A DNA stretch of 64,000 bases from Takakia lepidozioides (taxonomy: Eukaryota > Plantae > Bryophyta): contig CM060732.1 in assembly GCA_030704615.1 (NCBI GenBank), positions 20,336,001 to 20,400,000 of the forward strand. Direction: 5' to 3'. The first letter of the stretch is position 1. The number at the start of each line of letters is the position of its first letter. Position numbers and translations under genes: made by a program. Below, piece after piece: positions 12,552-24,289 of this stretch. A model generated the notes under the pieces. The model saw only the letters and a list, made by a program, of their open reading frames with translations. It was not told where the DNA came from and made no database searches.

Positions 12552-15500
12552 ATGCCGCCTGAAGGGCGTGGCTCTCCTGAGAGAGACCTCAGATCCAGAC
12601 CGCGGCGGAAGTTGAAAGCTCTGTACTACGGACGACGGCCAATCTCTCGCATGGCCAAACTGAAGCTCCAGCAGGAGATTCCAGTGTCTTGCTCACAACC
12701 TGCGCCAACTGAAGCCGAGTACTCTCAGGCAAGCCACTTCTGCTTTCGGTTTGTTCGATTTCTTTTTTGCTTTCGCTTCGTTACCTCGCTTTGTTTCTGC
12801 ATCTTCATCCTGGCTTTGCTTTATGAGTGAACTTTAGATAGTTGACTGAACCTTAGATTGTTTGCAATGCGTGTGCAAATCCGGCAGCTCTGGAGAAGGC
12901 TGCTTGTGCATGTCATTCTTAGGCAATGGTTGCATTTGTTTTCATTGTTGTTGCATGGCTCTCCATACTTCCTAAACTTGTTATGTTTTCATTTTTGCTA
13001 CATGATTGCTGCTATGGTGGTTGCGCTGCTGCTTTTTGCACCACTGTTGGTGTTCACGATTTTTGTCAATCACAGAGTGACGACGAGCCCGGCACGCTGG
13101 TGGTATCATCGACAGCTCCAACTCATCGCATGTTTGAATCGCCCAACTTGGGGCGAGAGGGCAAACTTAAATCTTTTGTTGGTGGACGGGAGGACTTGCA
13201 ACGAGATTACGATAGAGTAGGCATTGGGGAGGTTGGTGCAGGCGGCATGGCAGGTGAAGGGCGTGAGGACATGAGGACAGCAGATCCGGCAATGGAGGTT
13301 GTTCATGCACATGCAGTAGGGCCCGCCCACGCAAAGAAAAAGAAGAAAGCTAAGCACATGCAATCCCCGGCGAGAGAGCAGTCACGGGCTGCGGAGGGGG
13401 GAGTGAGCAGTGCGCGCGAGGGTGTCAGTTCGCCTCAATCAAAGGTGGTCGTCCTGGAGGGCTCCCCTGTTGCTAGCCCTAGTAAGAAACAGAAAGCCCG
13501 TGAGAGGGCAAAAGAGAGGGCAAAAGAACAGACGAGACAGAATGCTAGCAAGGAGGAAAGACAAAAGGCAGCTGAAGAGGCCCGGGGTGCCCAAATGACA
13601 GATGCCAATGTAAGCGAGGGACACACAGAGACGGTGGATCCCTACAAGACACCACAGAGAGGCAGTAGCACACCGGTTAGACCATCGCGGGCAAGTGCAG
13701 CCCCCGCAATTACCCATACGGTGGAGAGTGGAGGAGAGGAAAGAACACCTGAAAGAGCACCGATTGTGCAAGTTCGAGGTGAAGCCAGGGAGAGGGCAGT
13801 AGAGACGACGAGAGTGCTGGAGGTGGTTTCGCAGGTGGCTGACCCTGTTGAGGAGGACGACATGGATGTTTCTGACCAGGATGACATTCTCCCGGACATC
13901 CCCAGGCCCCAAACCCGGAGCATACAGGCTGGATTTGGCGGTCTTGGTGGGCTGCCGGAAAACCCCTCTGCAGCAGACGTCATGTCTGAGGCGGATATGA
14001 AGTTGGCCGCTGCCAAGATGTTGGAGGCAACCCACAGCAACATTGGCAGGGTGCTGGGGGGCATGGTGTACCCGGCCAAGCTTCGAATTCCCCTTTGCCG
14101 CTTGGTGTCATTGCAGGTGGTGAGACCTGCCCTCCCAGGCGATATCGACAAGCTGAAATTCTCTTTCCGGGATGGATATCGAATGGGGTCTGCCGCCTTT
14201 TACGTTTCCATTGAGAACGACCACGGAGCTTCCCGTGCCCACACTTCCGATGAGGTGGACAAATGGGGTCCCCATTGGCAAACGCGAAATGAGGAGTTCG
14301 AGAGATCGATTGCTAGTGATCCTCTTTTCCAGCACATGTCCGGTAAGATGTTCTACGTGTGGGACGGCAATCATCGCCTCCTGGCATGGATGGAGCACAT
14401 TGCCCAAGCCCACCCCAACGATCTCGATTGGCATTTCGCCGTCGATTGTGTTGTGCTGAAGGTTGCGGGGCCCAAAGATCGCAGTCTTCTCAAAGCTGCA
14501 ATGGCCGACATCAACTCGTAAGCTACAACCCCTCTCGCTTTTGGACTTTGAATTTGGAAGTCATTTCATTGCGAATCCTCATATATGATGAAAATTCCCA
14601 TTTCAGTATTGTTTGATGGAAATGTGGCACTGCAGGGTGACTGAGAATGCCTTCATTGCCACCAACTTGTCCCATATGCTCTTCCGAGTGAAGGATGTCG
14701 GGAGGCAGGGGGTGGAAGAGTTTGCCAATTCCCTCAGTGCCGACCTCCTGCGCAAGTCGGAGGCAAAGGCAGACAGAACCTGGTATAGGCTGAGCGTCGA
14801 CGCCATGGTGGACTACATATTTCGGGTAAAGCTCCTGCAGTTTTGTTGAGCTAATTTGTCTCTCCTCCCCCAATAGAAGAAATTGTGTTGAGCAGGATCT
14901 CTAATCTTATGTGCTGCTTTTCGACAGACGAAAATACAGCAGGATTTGGCACATGCGCGGAGGTTCTACATGGAGTCAGAGGAGAAGAATCCAACCCTCC
15001 CGGAACTCGAATCGTATGTCAAAGCTGCGGAGGTGAGGGCCCGCATAAAGTACAAGTCGCGGATGGTAAAGTACGTGGCCATAGCTGATCCCGCCCTTGG
15101 TGCCGACTTTCTGGTGGAGGTGGGAAAGCACTACTCTCGCGCTCTGAAGCCCACGATGACATTGGAGAAGCTCCATCGTCTAGCCACATCCTGTGTGGAT
15201 GCAACAGAAAAGGTGATACATTCTTAACCAAATTGTGGTGGCAACAACTCCTTTTTGTGGTGTTTGGCGCTTACGAATATGCTGGGTGGTTGGACAGACC
15301 CGGTGGCTCCAAATCTGGAATGGTTCCCAAAGTACCAGGGACATGTGGAGCTTCCCCAAACCGGACAAACTCTCTGACCCCACATTCGACATGTGGATGA
15401 ACCGCATGACATGGTGGTTTCAGGTACTTCCCCACGCTTCGTTTGGGGCTTGTACTCTAGTAGGGGGTTGATTCATTGTATTTTTTGAGGAAAGCGATCT

Positions 15501-18500
15501 GATGGACAATCTCCACAGGTGACGACGAATGCGCAAGAGCAGCTGGACACACAAGCACATCAGTTCAAGATGGAGATATCTCCTGCAGCAGAGAGCCTGC
15601 GTGACTATGTGACGAGGTACTTTCTGCTCTACAAAACCAACCTATTCTTTCGGGAGATAGCAGATGCTCGCCGGAGCCACGAGTTCACCGACCAGCCGAA
15701 CGCGGACAAAGCAGCAATGCGCCTTCTGTACAGGTACATACGCGCTGCCTTTCTTTCAAGTCCTGGCATTTCAGGATGTTAGAGGCCTAAGTGGTGTTAG
15801 GGAAAATGGCGCCGAATTTCCAGTCAGGGCTCCGAAAATGGCAAAGTCCCTAGACTGGCTGGCCCGGAACTGGAAATTCGGCGCCATTTTCCAGTTCCAG
15901 GCCCTATTGCCGTTCAGGGACTTAGCCATTTTCGGTCTAAGTCCCTAGGGTGGCTGGCCCGGAACTGGAAATTCGGCGCCGTATTCCAGTTCTAGGCCCT
16001 ATTGCCGTCCAGGGACTTAGCCATTTTCCGGCTAAGTCCCTAGACTGGCTGGCCCTGAAGTGGAAATTCGGCGCCATATTCCAGTTCCAGGCCCTATTGC
16101 CGTCCAGGGACTTAGCCATTTTCGGTCTAAGTCCCTAGGGTGGCTGGCCCGGAACTGGAAATTCGGCGCCGTATTCCAGTTCTAGGCCCTATTGCCGTCC
16201 AGGGACTTAGCCATTTTCGGGCTAAGTCCCTAGACTGGCTGGCCCTGAAGTGGAAATTCGGCGCCATATTCCAGTTCCAGGCCCTATTGCCGTCCAGGGA
16301 CTTAGCCATTTTCGGTCTAAGTCCCTAGGGTGGCTGGCCCGGAACTGGAAATTCGGCGCCGTATTCCAGTTCTAGGCCCTATTGCCGTCCAGGGACTTAG
16401 CCATTTTCGGGCCAAGTCCCTAGGGTGGCTGGCCCGGAACTGGAAATTCGGCGCCGTATTCCAGTTCTAGGCCCTATTGCCGTCCAGGGACTTAGCCATT
16501 TTTTGTGTAAGTCCCTAGGGTGGCTGGCCCGGAAGTGGAAATTCGGCGCCGTTTTCCAGTTCCAGGCCGTATTGCCGTCCAGGGACTTAGCCATTTTCGG
16601 GCTAAGTCCCTACACTGGGTGGCCCTGAAGTGGAAATTCGGCGCCATATTCCAGTTGTAGGCCCTATTGCCGTTCAGGGAGTTAGCCATTTTCGGACCTC
16701 ATTGGGTTTTTCATGAATGCAGGTACTGTAAGTTCTCGCTTTTGGAGAAAGGTCATCTGTCTTTCGAGCCACCATTCTTCCTGGCATGGAGGAACCCTGG
16801 GGCTGACTCCATGTACACTGACGATATTGTGAAGGAGTGGCATCTGGAACATTTGCGTGATTGCCCTTGGTATGTGGACCTTCCGCCCGGCTCGCTCGAC
16901 CCATCCGAGTTTCAATTGAAGCTGGATGCTGAATTCCGACGAAACCGGGCTCCGCTGCCTCCGTTGGGTGCAAAAGAGGCAAAAGCGCTTGCGAACTCCA
17001 GGAAAGCGGCAGAGCTTGCTCAGGCAGGAATTCAAGAGAAATTGCATGAGAAGAGTAAAGGTCAAAGGAAAAGGACAAGGAAACAGGTGACTGCAGTAAC
17101 ACCCAAAAAGAAGAAAACCATCGGGGCATCGGAGGAGGCGCAGGAGGGGACCCAAGAGAGTGACTCCGACGCCGATTTTGTTCAAGGTCCTGCGACTGCT
17201 GTTGCTCCTACCCAGTCACCGGTCGTCCGGGTTCCCAAGTCAGTTCGGAGTGGGACTGGCTCTGCCAAGAAGTTGGCATTTGAGGGCGAGCCTACACGGC
17301 GGTATTCGGCGGTGACGTTTACGCACAGGCCAAAGCTAGAACCTCCAACCATCATCCAATGCGTCAATGAGAGCTTCCTTGACGCTCTCGCTGCCAGGGC
17401 GAAGAAGGTGGCACACAACAAGTCTCTGGCGGAGCAGAAGGGAAAAGCCAAGAAGAGGGCTGCCGGTACAGAGCCTAAAGACACCCCTGGTTTTGAAGCC
17501 ATGATGGAATTCTTCACGGCTGTGAGCACGAATTGCAAGAGCACTCGGGGGGGGGTTGAGGTGGAGAGAGCTTGCGACATGATTTCCTCGACATTCCAGA
17601 TGGGGAGCTGCTGGAGGGCCTGGATGGTGTGCCCACCTGGAACAGGTTTACTGAGGACTACTGGAAAGCCGGGTTTGGGCTGGCGGGGATGCTTCTGGAT
17701 GACGGTGGATGTGTGGTTGTCCTTGCCACGAGAGGGAAGACCACAGAGAATGCGGTGGCAAGGTGGACACCGAAAAGTGTCACCCCGGTCCTCCTCAGAA
17801 AATGGTTCTGCATCAGTACGCAGGGGTTGCGAACAGAGGGCCAAAGTGTAAGTTATCAATCTATTGCATTCACTTCATATTGTGGTGTATGTTAAGTAGA
17901 CCCTGGAATTGATCCCTTCTTTGTTGGATGTGCAGACATTGGTGTTTGAGGCATATTGCTTTGTGAAGAGAGGGTCTACGTTCAAATTCCGCAACGACGG
18001 TCGTCTTGTTGATGCCGCTGTGGACCCTGTAACCTACGATGTCCTCTACAACTATGTGCCCCACTCTAGTATGCCGAAGGACACAAAGACAGGCAAACCG
18101 TGGCGGTACAGCCGGACCCGAAGCCCTGCTTTCATCCAAACCCTCATGGAGACGTGCTCGGATGTCCAAGGGCGGATTCTGGACCTCACATGCGGCACGG
18201 GTAAGCCTTCACGTGCTCAGTTTGTCCCCTGGCCCCATTGCAATTGCATGCCGCAAGCTATTAACCGCCCGCTTTGTTCCTCAGGTGCTTCAATGTGGGC
18301 AGGGACGTTGTCCGACAGGCATGTGTTCGCCTTCGAGCCAGATACTGCCCTCCACAACTCGGAACTTGCAGCGGCTGAACGTCTGCCGAAAGAGGAAGAG
18401 GCATCCTCGGAGGATGAGGAAAAATCCGAGAAGGAGCAGGGGGAGGAAGTTGGGATCGAGGCCGAGGAGCCCCCGGTTTACGAGTGAGTGGTGGCATTGT

Positions 18501-19072
18501 AAGTTGCCTCCAGATTTTGTGAGGCACCTCCCTCCGCTCTCTTATTTCATTGAAAACCCTTTCTGGTTGTGCTGGTATTGACATTCTTCAAGTGGATTTG
18601 TTCTTACTGTAGGATGCCAAGTACTGCCGGAGGGACGTCTACACCGGAGTTCATGGGCAGGAGGAACGTGCCTTTTTTTGCCAGGGGAGATTTCATGCCT
18701 AGTCCAGAAAGGGAGTACATCCTGCCTACTTATGCTGCCCGGCTTGCTTCGGTGTCCATTAGGAGGTGTTCCGAACGTAGTCGTGTACAGCAGATTTTAG
18801 ACGAGGCAAGCCTAAAGAAAATGAAGATGAGGGAGGAGGCAGCAGCTATTAGAGCCCGTCGGGCTCGTAGATTTGTGTTGGATTCTGCTGAGGAAAGTGG
18901 GGGAGAAGACGCAGAAGATTCCCAGGAGGTGAGGTGGACAGTCCCCCAAGGAGAGGACGGGATTTTTGAGAGGCATAGTGGAACTGATGCATCACAGAGC
19001 TCGGAGGATGAGGGGGATGAGGGGGATGAGGAAGAAGGTGGGGCAAGTTCCTCGGAGGGTGTAGGAGAGTAG
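12552..19072 (+). CDS. Multi-exon transposon gene: disordered N-terminus, ParB/Srx-like domain, helical region, beta-class N6/N4 DNA-methyltransferase-like domain, acidic tail; 1-bp frameshift at ~17585 in this copy
   Basis: Approximate exons from GT-AG sites: 13076-14518, 14637-14826, 14928-15211, 15298-15423, 15519-15733, 16723-17847, 17936-18200, 18286-~18483, 18613-19072; 5' exons uncertain. ParB-like LRIPLCRL..VRP...FYVWDGNHRLLAW (14357-14390). MTase order CDMI(L)LDIPDG ... LLDDGGCVVV ... FEAYCFVK ... RSPAFIQTLMETCSDVQGRILDLTCGTGASMWAGTLSDRHVFAFEPD. Confidence 0.8.
15800..16700. repeat. Intronic 95-bp tandem array (190-bp higher-order dimer), ~9 units, each with GGAAATTCGGCGCC
   Basis: ctaagtccctag..tggctggccc..aa.tggaaattcggcgcc.tattccagtt..aggccctattgccgtccagggacttagccatttt repeats at a 95-bp period. 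Confidence 0.93.
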
Positions 19073-19982
19073 TGCCCATTCCGGCTATGACAGTTAGAAC
19101 ACACTTGTATACGCGTGGCTTGCCACAAAATTTGCAATAAAATGTTGCATTTTAAGTCCACTGGTGCCACATTCCAACTTCACATGACCCTATTTCCGTG
19201 CCTCCTAACCCTATTTCCGTGGACTCACAATGGTCTGCTCATGCTTTTTTTTTTTCCGCTCATGCTCATGCCGCTCATGCTCATGCCGCTCATGAAATAG
19301 CAGCCCCCGGAGCTATATTACTGATGTGTAATAAAGTAGGAGATGAATCTAGAATTTTTGGCACATTAAACAAAACCGAGTCTGTGCTTCGGAAAATAAA
19401 TCAAAATGTTGTAAGTGGGAAGGAAGGGACGAGAGGTCTCCCGTCCAAATACCTCTTTGTCAAATTCGGCGGTGGACACATCCCCAAATGATCTTTGGAC
19501 TTGGTTTCATCTTCCACCTTCTCTCCGCTGAGAGACAAGGACGATTAGTTAGGTCTCAACTGAATGAAATCAGGAATGATATACAATTGACTTCCAGGTG
19601 CAAACACAAACTGGAATGACTAAGTGGAATGGTAGCGCACACCTCGGTGGAATTCTCCATTGCAGCCTCATTGAGCAAGTGTGTCCTAACTGTCATAGCC
19701 GGAATGGGCACTACTCTCTTACACCCTCCGAGGAACTTGCCCCACCTTCCTCCTCATCCCCCTCATCCCCCCCATCCTCCGAGCTCTGTGATGCATCAGT
19801 TCCACTATGCCTCTCAAAAATTCCGTCCTCTCCTTGGGGGACTGTCCATCTCACCTCCTGGGAATCTTCTGCCTCTTCTCCCCCACTTTCCTCAGCAAAA
19901 TCCAAGACAAATCTACGAGCCTAACGGGCTCTAATAGCTGCTGCCTCCTCCCTCATCTTCATTTTCTAGAGGCTTGCCTCGT
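18801..19982. repeat. 307-bp inverted repeat (18801-19107 and 19676-19982, ~96% identical) straddling the right TIR
   Basis: 13 mismatches counted by eye over 307 bp. Both arms translate to AEESGGE(D/E)AEDSQEVRWTVPQGEDG, on opposite strands. Confidence 0.95.
19235..19308 (-). repeat. Right TIR with (CCGCTCATG)n subrepeats
   Basis: ccgctcatgctcatgccgctcatgctcatgccgctcatgaaatagcagccccc, followed directly by the TSD. Confidence 0.9.
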
Positions 19983-19989
19983 GTCTGTC

Positions 19990-21845
19990 GAGTGATTCTC
20001 TCCGGATACTTCCTCGAGCTCTGCTTCCTACGTCTCTTTTTCGTCGCTGAAACAGAACGACGTCTCGTTAGAGGCAGCAAGACGATGTCAATCGGTGTAA
20101 AGTGAGAAAGTGTAATGAGAGAGCACACCTCCGCAAGATTCTTCGACGCCACGTCACGCGCTCCTACAATTGATTTGAAACAAATACATGAGGATCGAAA
20201 ATAGGGAACAAAAGTAGCCTAAATTCAATTGTAAGGAGAGCAAGGTGATCAATAGGTACAATTCTTTCTCTCTGACTGGGGTTCTCTCAAAAGCCTCCGG
20301 AGGATTTCTTGCTAGTGCCTCTGCAGCAGCGGTGATATCATTCTCTCCAGAGTCTTCAACCCGATCCTCATTAACGTTCAACTGCACTATTGCTAAGGTA
20401 TTCCCAAAAGAAAAGGACGGGAGACCTCCCGTGCCCACCCTTGATGGAGAGGAATTAACAATAGAAACCTCCACAACATCTGATGCAACATATTCCGGAA
20501 CAATCCAACGGTCGAAGGGGTACAATAGCCGTCAACAATTGCCCTCAACCCATCAACGACACCATCCGTGACGGGAATGCTAACACCAGTAGGAAGCTCC
20601 GTTTCCAATGTCTGCATCTGTGGGATGTGGTCCATGGAGGACAGCTGTGACTGCCTTAAAATGTCAGGGTTTCGAACGAGATCTTGTGTGTTTCCAGCAG
20701 ATGTAATGTCCTCGGTTATGGGAAATTGTGCCGGCAACGGATTGGCAGGAATGTCAATGAGCTCTGTATTGCTAACACCATGAAGTAGCTATGGAGTGGG
20801 AAGCTCTGTTTCCATTGTCCTTGTCTAGGTCTGGGACTGGGTGAGGTTCTCCACTATAGACAGCTGTGATTGCCTCAAATTTGCATCGTCTTGTTCGGCG
20901 ACTGGTGTGGTTCCTGCAGATGTGATGTCCTCGGTTACTGGGAGGTCTTGTGGACGTAAAAAAGTTTGAGTGACTGTGGGGACCGGTGTTCCACCAGGAG
21001 AGGACGACAAGCATGGTTGCAGTGCCGGCCGCCGAGCCCTGGAGAACGGGAGACCTCCCGTGATAAGGTCTGCGGAAAGAACGTAGTCGACTTGACTGGG
21101 TGTCATCTCAGAAAAGTCCGACATCGCAAGAGGCCTATCCCCACCTGTATATTGGACTTGGGAAGTAAAGTCAATGGAGGCATTCGTTGGCCCTCCAGAA
21201 TGAAATGTTGACTCAACCCTGATGACCACTTCGTCCTCATCAATATTGATAATCTCCCTGTGTCTGCCCGCGTTGACTTGCACTCTTGCATCGATCTAAG
21301 GATTATACAGCTGGCGAGTTGAGATATTCGGGGGCCTAGAGGATATTGGTTCCGGGGAGAACTGAAGCATAGCGCCCGTCGTCCGCCGGCCTCTGGCTTG
21401 CCCGTCTGGTGAAATATTTTCAGACTCCACGTCGCGTACATGCACTCCAATCGAATGCTGGATAAATGGGTTCTGAAACATTGGGCTCTGTTGCACACTG
21501 TTGGATTCAGTCTCACTGTCATCTTTATCTTCCTCCAAGTGCACAGGTCTATTTTCCGGCTGTATCTGGTTACATTAGTAAATCCTTTCGAGAGTTGGTA
21601 TTGCGGGACATTTGTGACCTCTCCTGGCGACCTTGACTTTTTTCAGAACGAGCGTGTGTAACTGGTGAAAACTCCACAATACCTTCACCCCCAGCAGATC
21701 CCTCGCCCCTGCCCTGAGACTCCGAGGAGGATTCCACCTTTTCGGCGGAAACCTTTGAACGCAGCAGTCTGATAAGGTTGAAGGATTTCTTAGCAGAGGC
21801 TCTTGCTGAGACCATACGACCAGGGTGCGTTACTTCCAACACCCT
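19990..21845 (-). pseudogene. Frameshifted low-complexity coding region of the outer element, with an internal duplication
   Basis: Chain of overlapping minus-strand ORFs (21570-21842, 21296-21544, 20825-21283, 20393-20737, 20154-20525). Duplicated peptide P(I/V)TEDITSAG...LRQSQLS. Confidence 0.5.
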
Positions 21846-22019
21846 ACAGTTCGATTCCTGATGGATAAAAAATTAACCGGTTAGTAACTTTCAGTAACTG
21901 GGCAGTCCCAACAGAAAGATGTTAATGGTCAAAGGAGGATGGGAGGCCTCCAGTCGAAGGATGACGGGAGATCACCCGTCGAACGATGTAATTTAATTAG
22001 AATAAATCAGAACTTCCGC

Positions 22020-24140
22020 CATCTCACACTCTCAACCCATCATAATTTCATGCATTAACCGAGCAAACACATTTCAGGCTTGTGCAGGGCCAGAATTACA
22101 TGAAGGCCACACAAGATTCTAGATTACATCGCCAGTGTGTAATATAAAGACTTGTGTGACCCTCTGTAACTATTTGGCTGCACGTAGAAATGTCCCGTAA
22201 TGAATGTTACTAATCACTTGGGTTGTTACTAATCAAATAGGTTATTCAATGGACCTCTGCCTACTCACACTTTCCACCCATCATCATAAGCAAGAACTAT
22301 TCAGGCTTGTGCATGCCAAGAATTACATGAAGGCCACATAAGATTTTAGATTACATCGCCAGAGTGTAACATAAAGACTTGTGTGACCCTCTGTAACTAT
22401 TTGGCTGCACCCCAAAATGTCCCATAATGAATGTTACTAATCAAATGGGTATCAGTAGGAATTGGCAATGTATGAAGGGAGGTGTCCCGTCATAGGACGT
22501 AAACAAAAAATCAATATAATTTGGAACAACATCCTTATAAACTATTCCATCTCACGTATGTACATACATACTTCCATCTCACACATTAAACCCATCATTT
22601 AAGCAATAACAGAGGACTCATTTTCAGAGACTTAGAATGTCCATGCCCACAAATTGATCCACAAGATCTTAGATAACATCGCCATTGTGTTAAATAAAGT
22701 CTTGTGTATCACATTGTAGGAATGCGCATGCACTCATAATGAATCTGGCTAATCATCTGGGTAGTTCCTCGCCGGACAAGACTCAAATAAATATAGTGAA
22801 AGGGAGGACGGGAGGTCTCCCGTCAATGGAAGAACGGAATATCTCCCATCAATGAAATTCTTCCAGCACTCACATTTGATCCATCATCAATGAATCAATA
22901 TAGGAATTACTCCAAGTTTCTGGCTTGCCATAAGATCTTATATAACATTGCCAATGATACACAAAGTCTTGTGGTTTACATGGTAAGTTTGATCATGCAC
23001 TCTTGAAATCCCCTTAATCATTGTGGTTAATCACTTGGGTTATTAATATTGTTTTGTGTCACACTGGTCATCTTAAACAGGCAGAAAAGAATGGTCATTA
23101 AGAGCACGAGAGACCTCCCGTACCAGAGAGGTGGGATATCTTCCGAGAAAGCAACAACGGGAGGTCTCCCGACATAGTAAAGCCGGGAGATCTCTCGTCA
23201 ATCCACGTCTGCCAACAAACACTTTCAACCCATCATCATTTGAAGCAAGGATATATCATTCAAAGCAGAGACATTCCTGCATGTGCATGGCCATAGTTAC
23301 AAAGTGATACCCAAGATGTTAGATAACATCGCAAGTGTGTTAACTAAAGTCTTGTGTATCATTTTGTAAGAATACGGAGGCAACCAGAGAAGTCCTGCAA
23401 TGAATGTAGGTAATCACGTGGGTATCAGTAGTGTTTTTGAAATAGTAGTCTAGCACGAGGTTCATCTCAAATGATTGTTCAAATGAATGGTCAAAAGGTC
23501 GTTCACTGGACTTCTGCCAAAAACACTTTCAACCCATCATCATTCTTAGCAGTGACAATTCAGGCTTGTGCATGGCCATACTTACATGCAAGCCACGCAA
23601 AATTTTAGATTACATCGCCAGTCTGTAATATAAAGACTTGTGTCGCCCTCTGTAAGTATTTGGCTGCACTCCAAATGTCTCGTCATGAATGTTATGGATC
23701 ACTTGGGTATCAATAGCATATCGTGCCAGCCAAGTCCTACTCGAGGTTCATCTTGAAATACTTGAATGGTCAATGGACCGGAAGGGAGAAGGTTTCAATG
23801 ATCCAAATTCTACGAACTGGATACAGTGAAAGACACAGATGAACCTGGACAAAGAAGGAAGGGAGGTCTCCCATAGAAGGAGGTCGAAAAATCGCTTGGA
23901 AAATATGGTGACTTCCTACGCACACTTTCAACCCATCATCTGAAGCAATATGAGAGCTCTCACAATCTGGGAAATACTTCAAGTTTTTTGTCTGGCCATA
24001 CTTACCAAGTTAACTACAAGATCTTATCCAACATTGCCAGTGTTGCATAAAGTCTTGTGGTTTACAAGGTAAGTCTGTTCAAGCACTCTTGAAATCCCTG
24101 TAATGAATGTGTGGTTAATCACCTGGGTATCACTAGTGTC
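22020..24140. repeat. Degenerate tandem repeat, ~7 units of ~240-400 bp, probably intronic in the outer element
   Basis: Recurrent cacactttcaacccatcatc...aagat(t/c)ttagattacatcgccagtgtg...aaagacttgtgt...aatgaatgt..ctaatcacttgggt at ~22025, 22265, 22580, 22870, 23218, 23522, 23920. Confidence 0.85.
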
Positions 24141-24289
24141 CTGATTGAACTTAATTTACCGTCAGATGTATCCCGCTAAACGAACGACGGGAGATCTCCC
24201 GACAAAGGATCGACGGGAGATCTCCCGCCATTGGACGAAGCAATTTCACGAAACAAATTAACATTTGAGTCAATGGACGAAGCAAATTA

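Larger units (their letters stand above)
5041..19308. mobile_element. Complete 14,268-bp Mutator-superfamily (MULE) DNA transposon carrying a transposase and a ParB-like/MTase-like gene
   Basis: 9-bp direct repeat GGAGCTATA at 5032-5040 and 19309-19317. Left end gaggtttgctatttcatgag matches the reverse complement of the right end gggggctgctatttcatgag (15/18 in the first 18 bp). Encodes a MULE-type DDE transposase. Confidence 0.93.

Noticed and set aside
12926-19072. Bacterial or phage contamination as the source of the ParB/MTase gene
   Set aside because: The gene has multiple GT-AG introns, lies within TIRs with a TSD, and has a second diverged copy next to plant genes.
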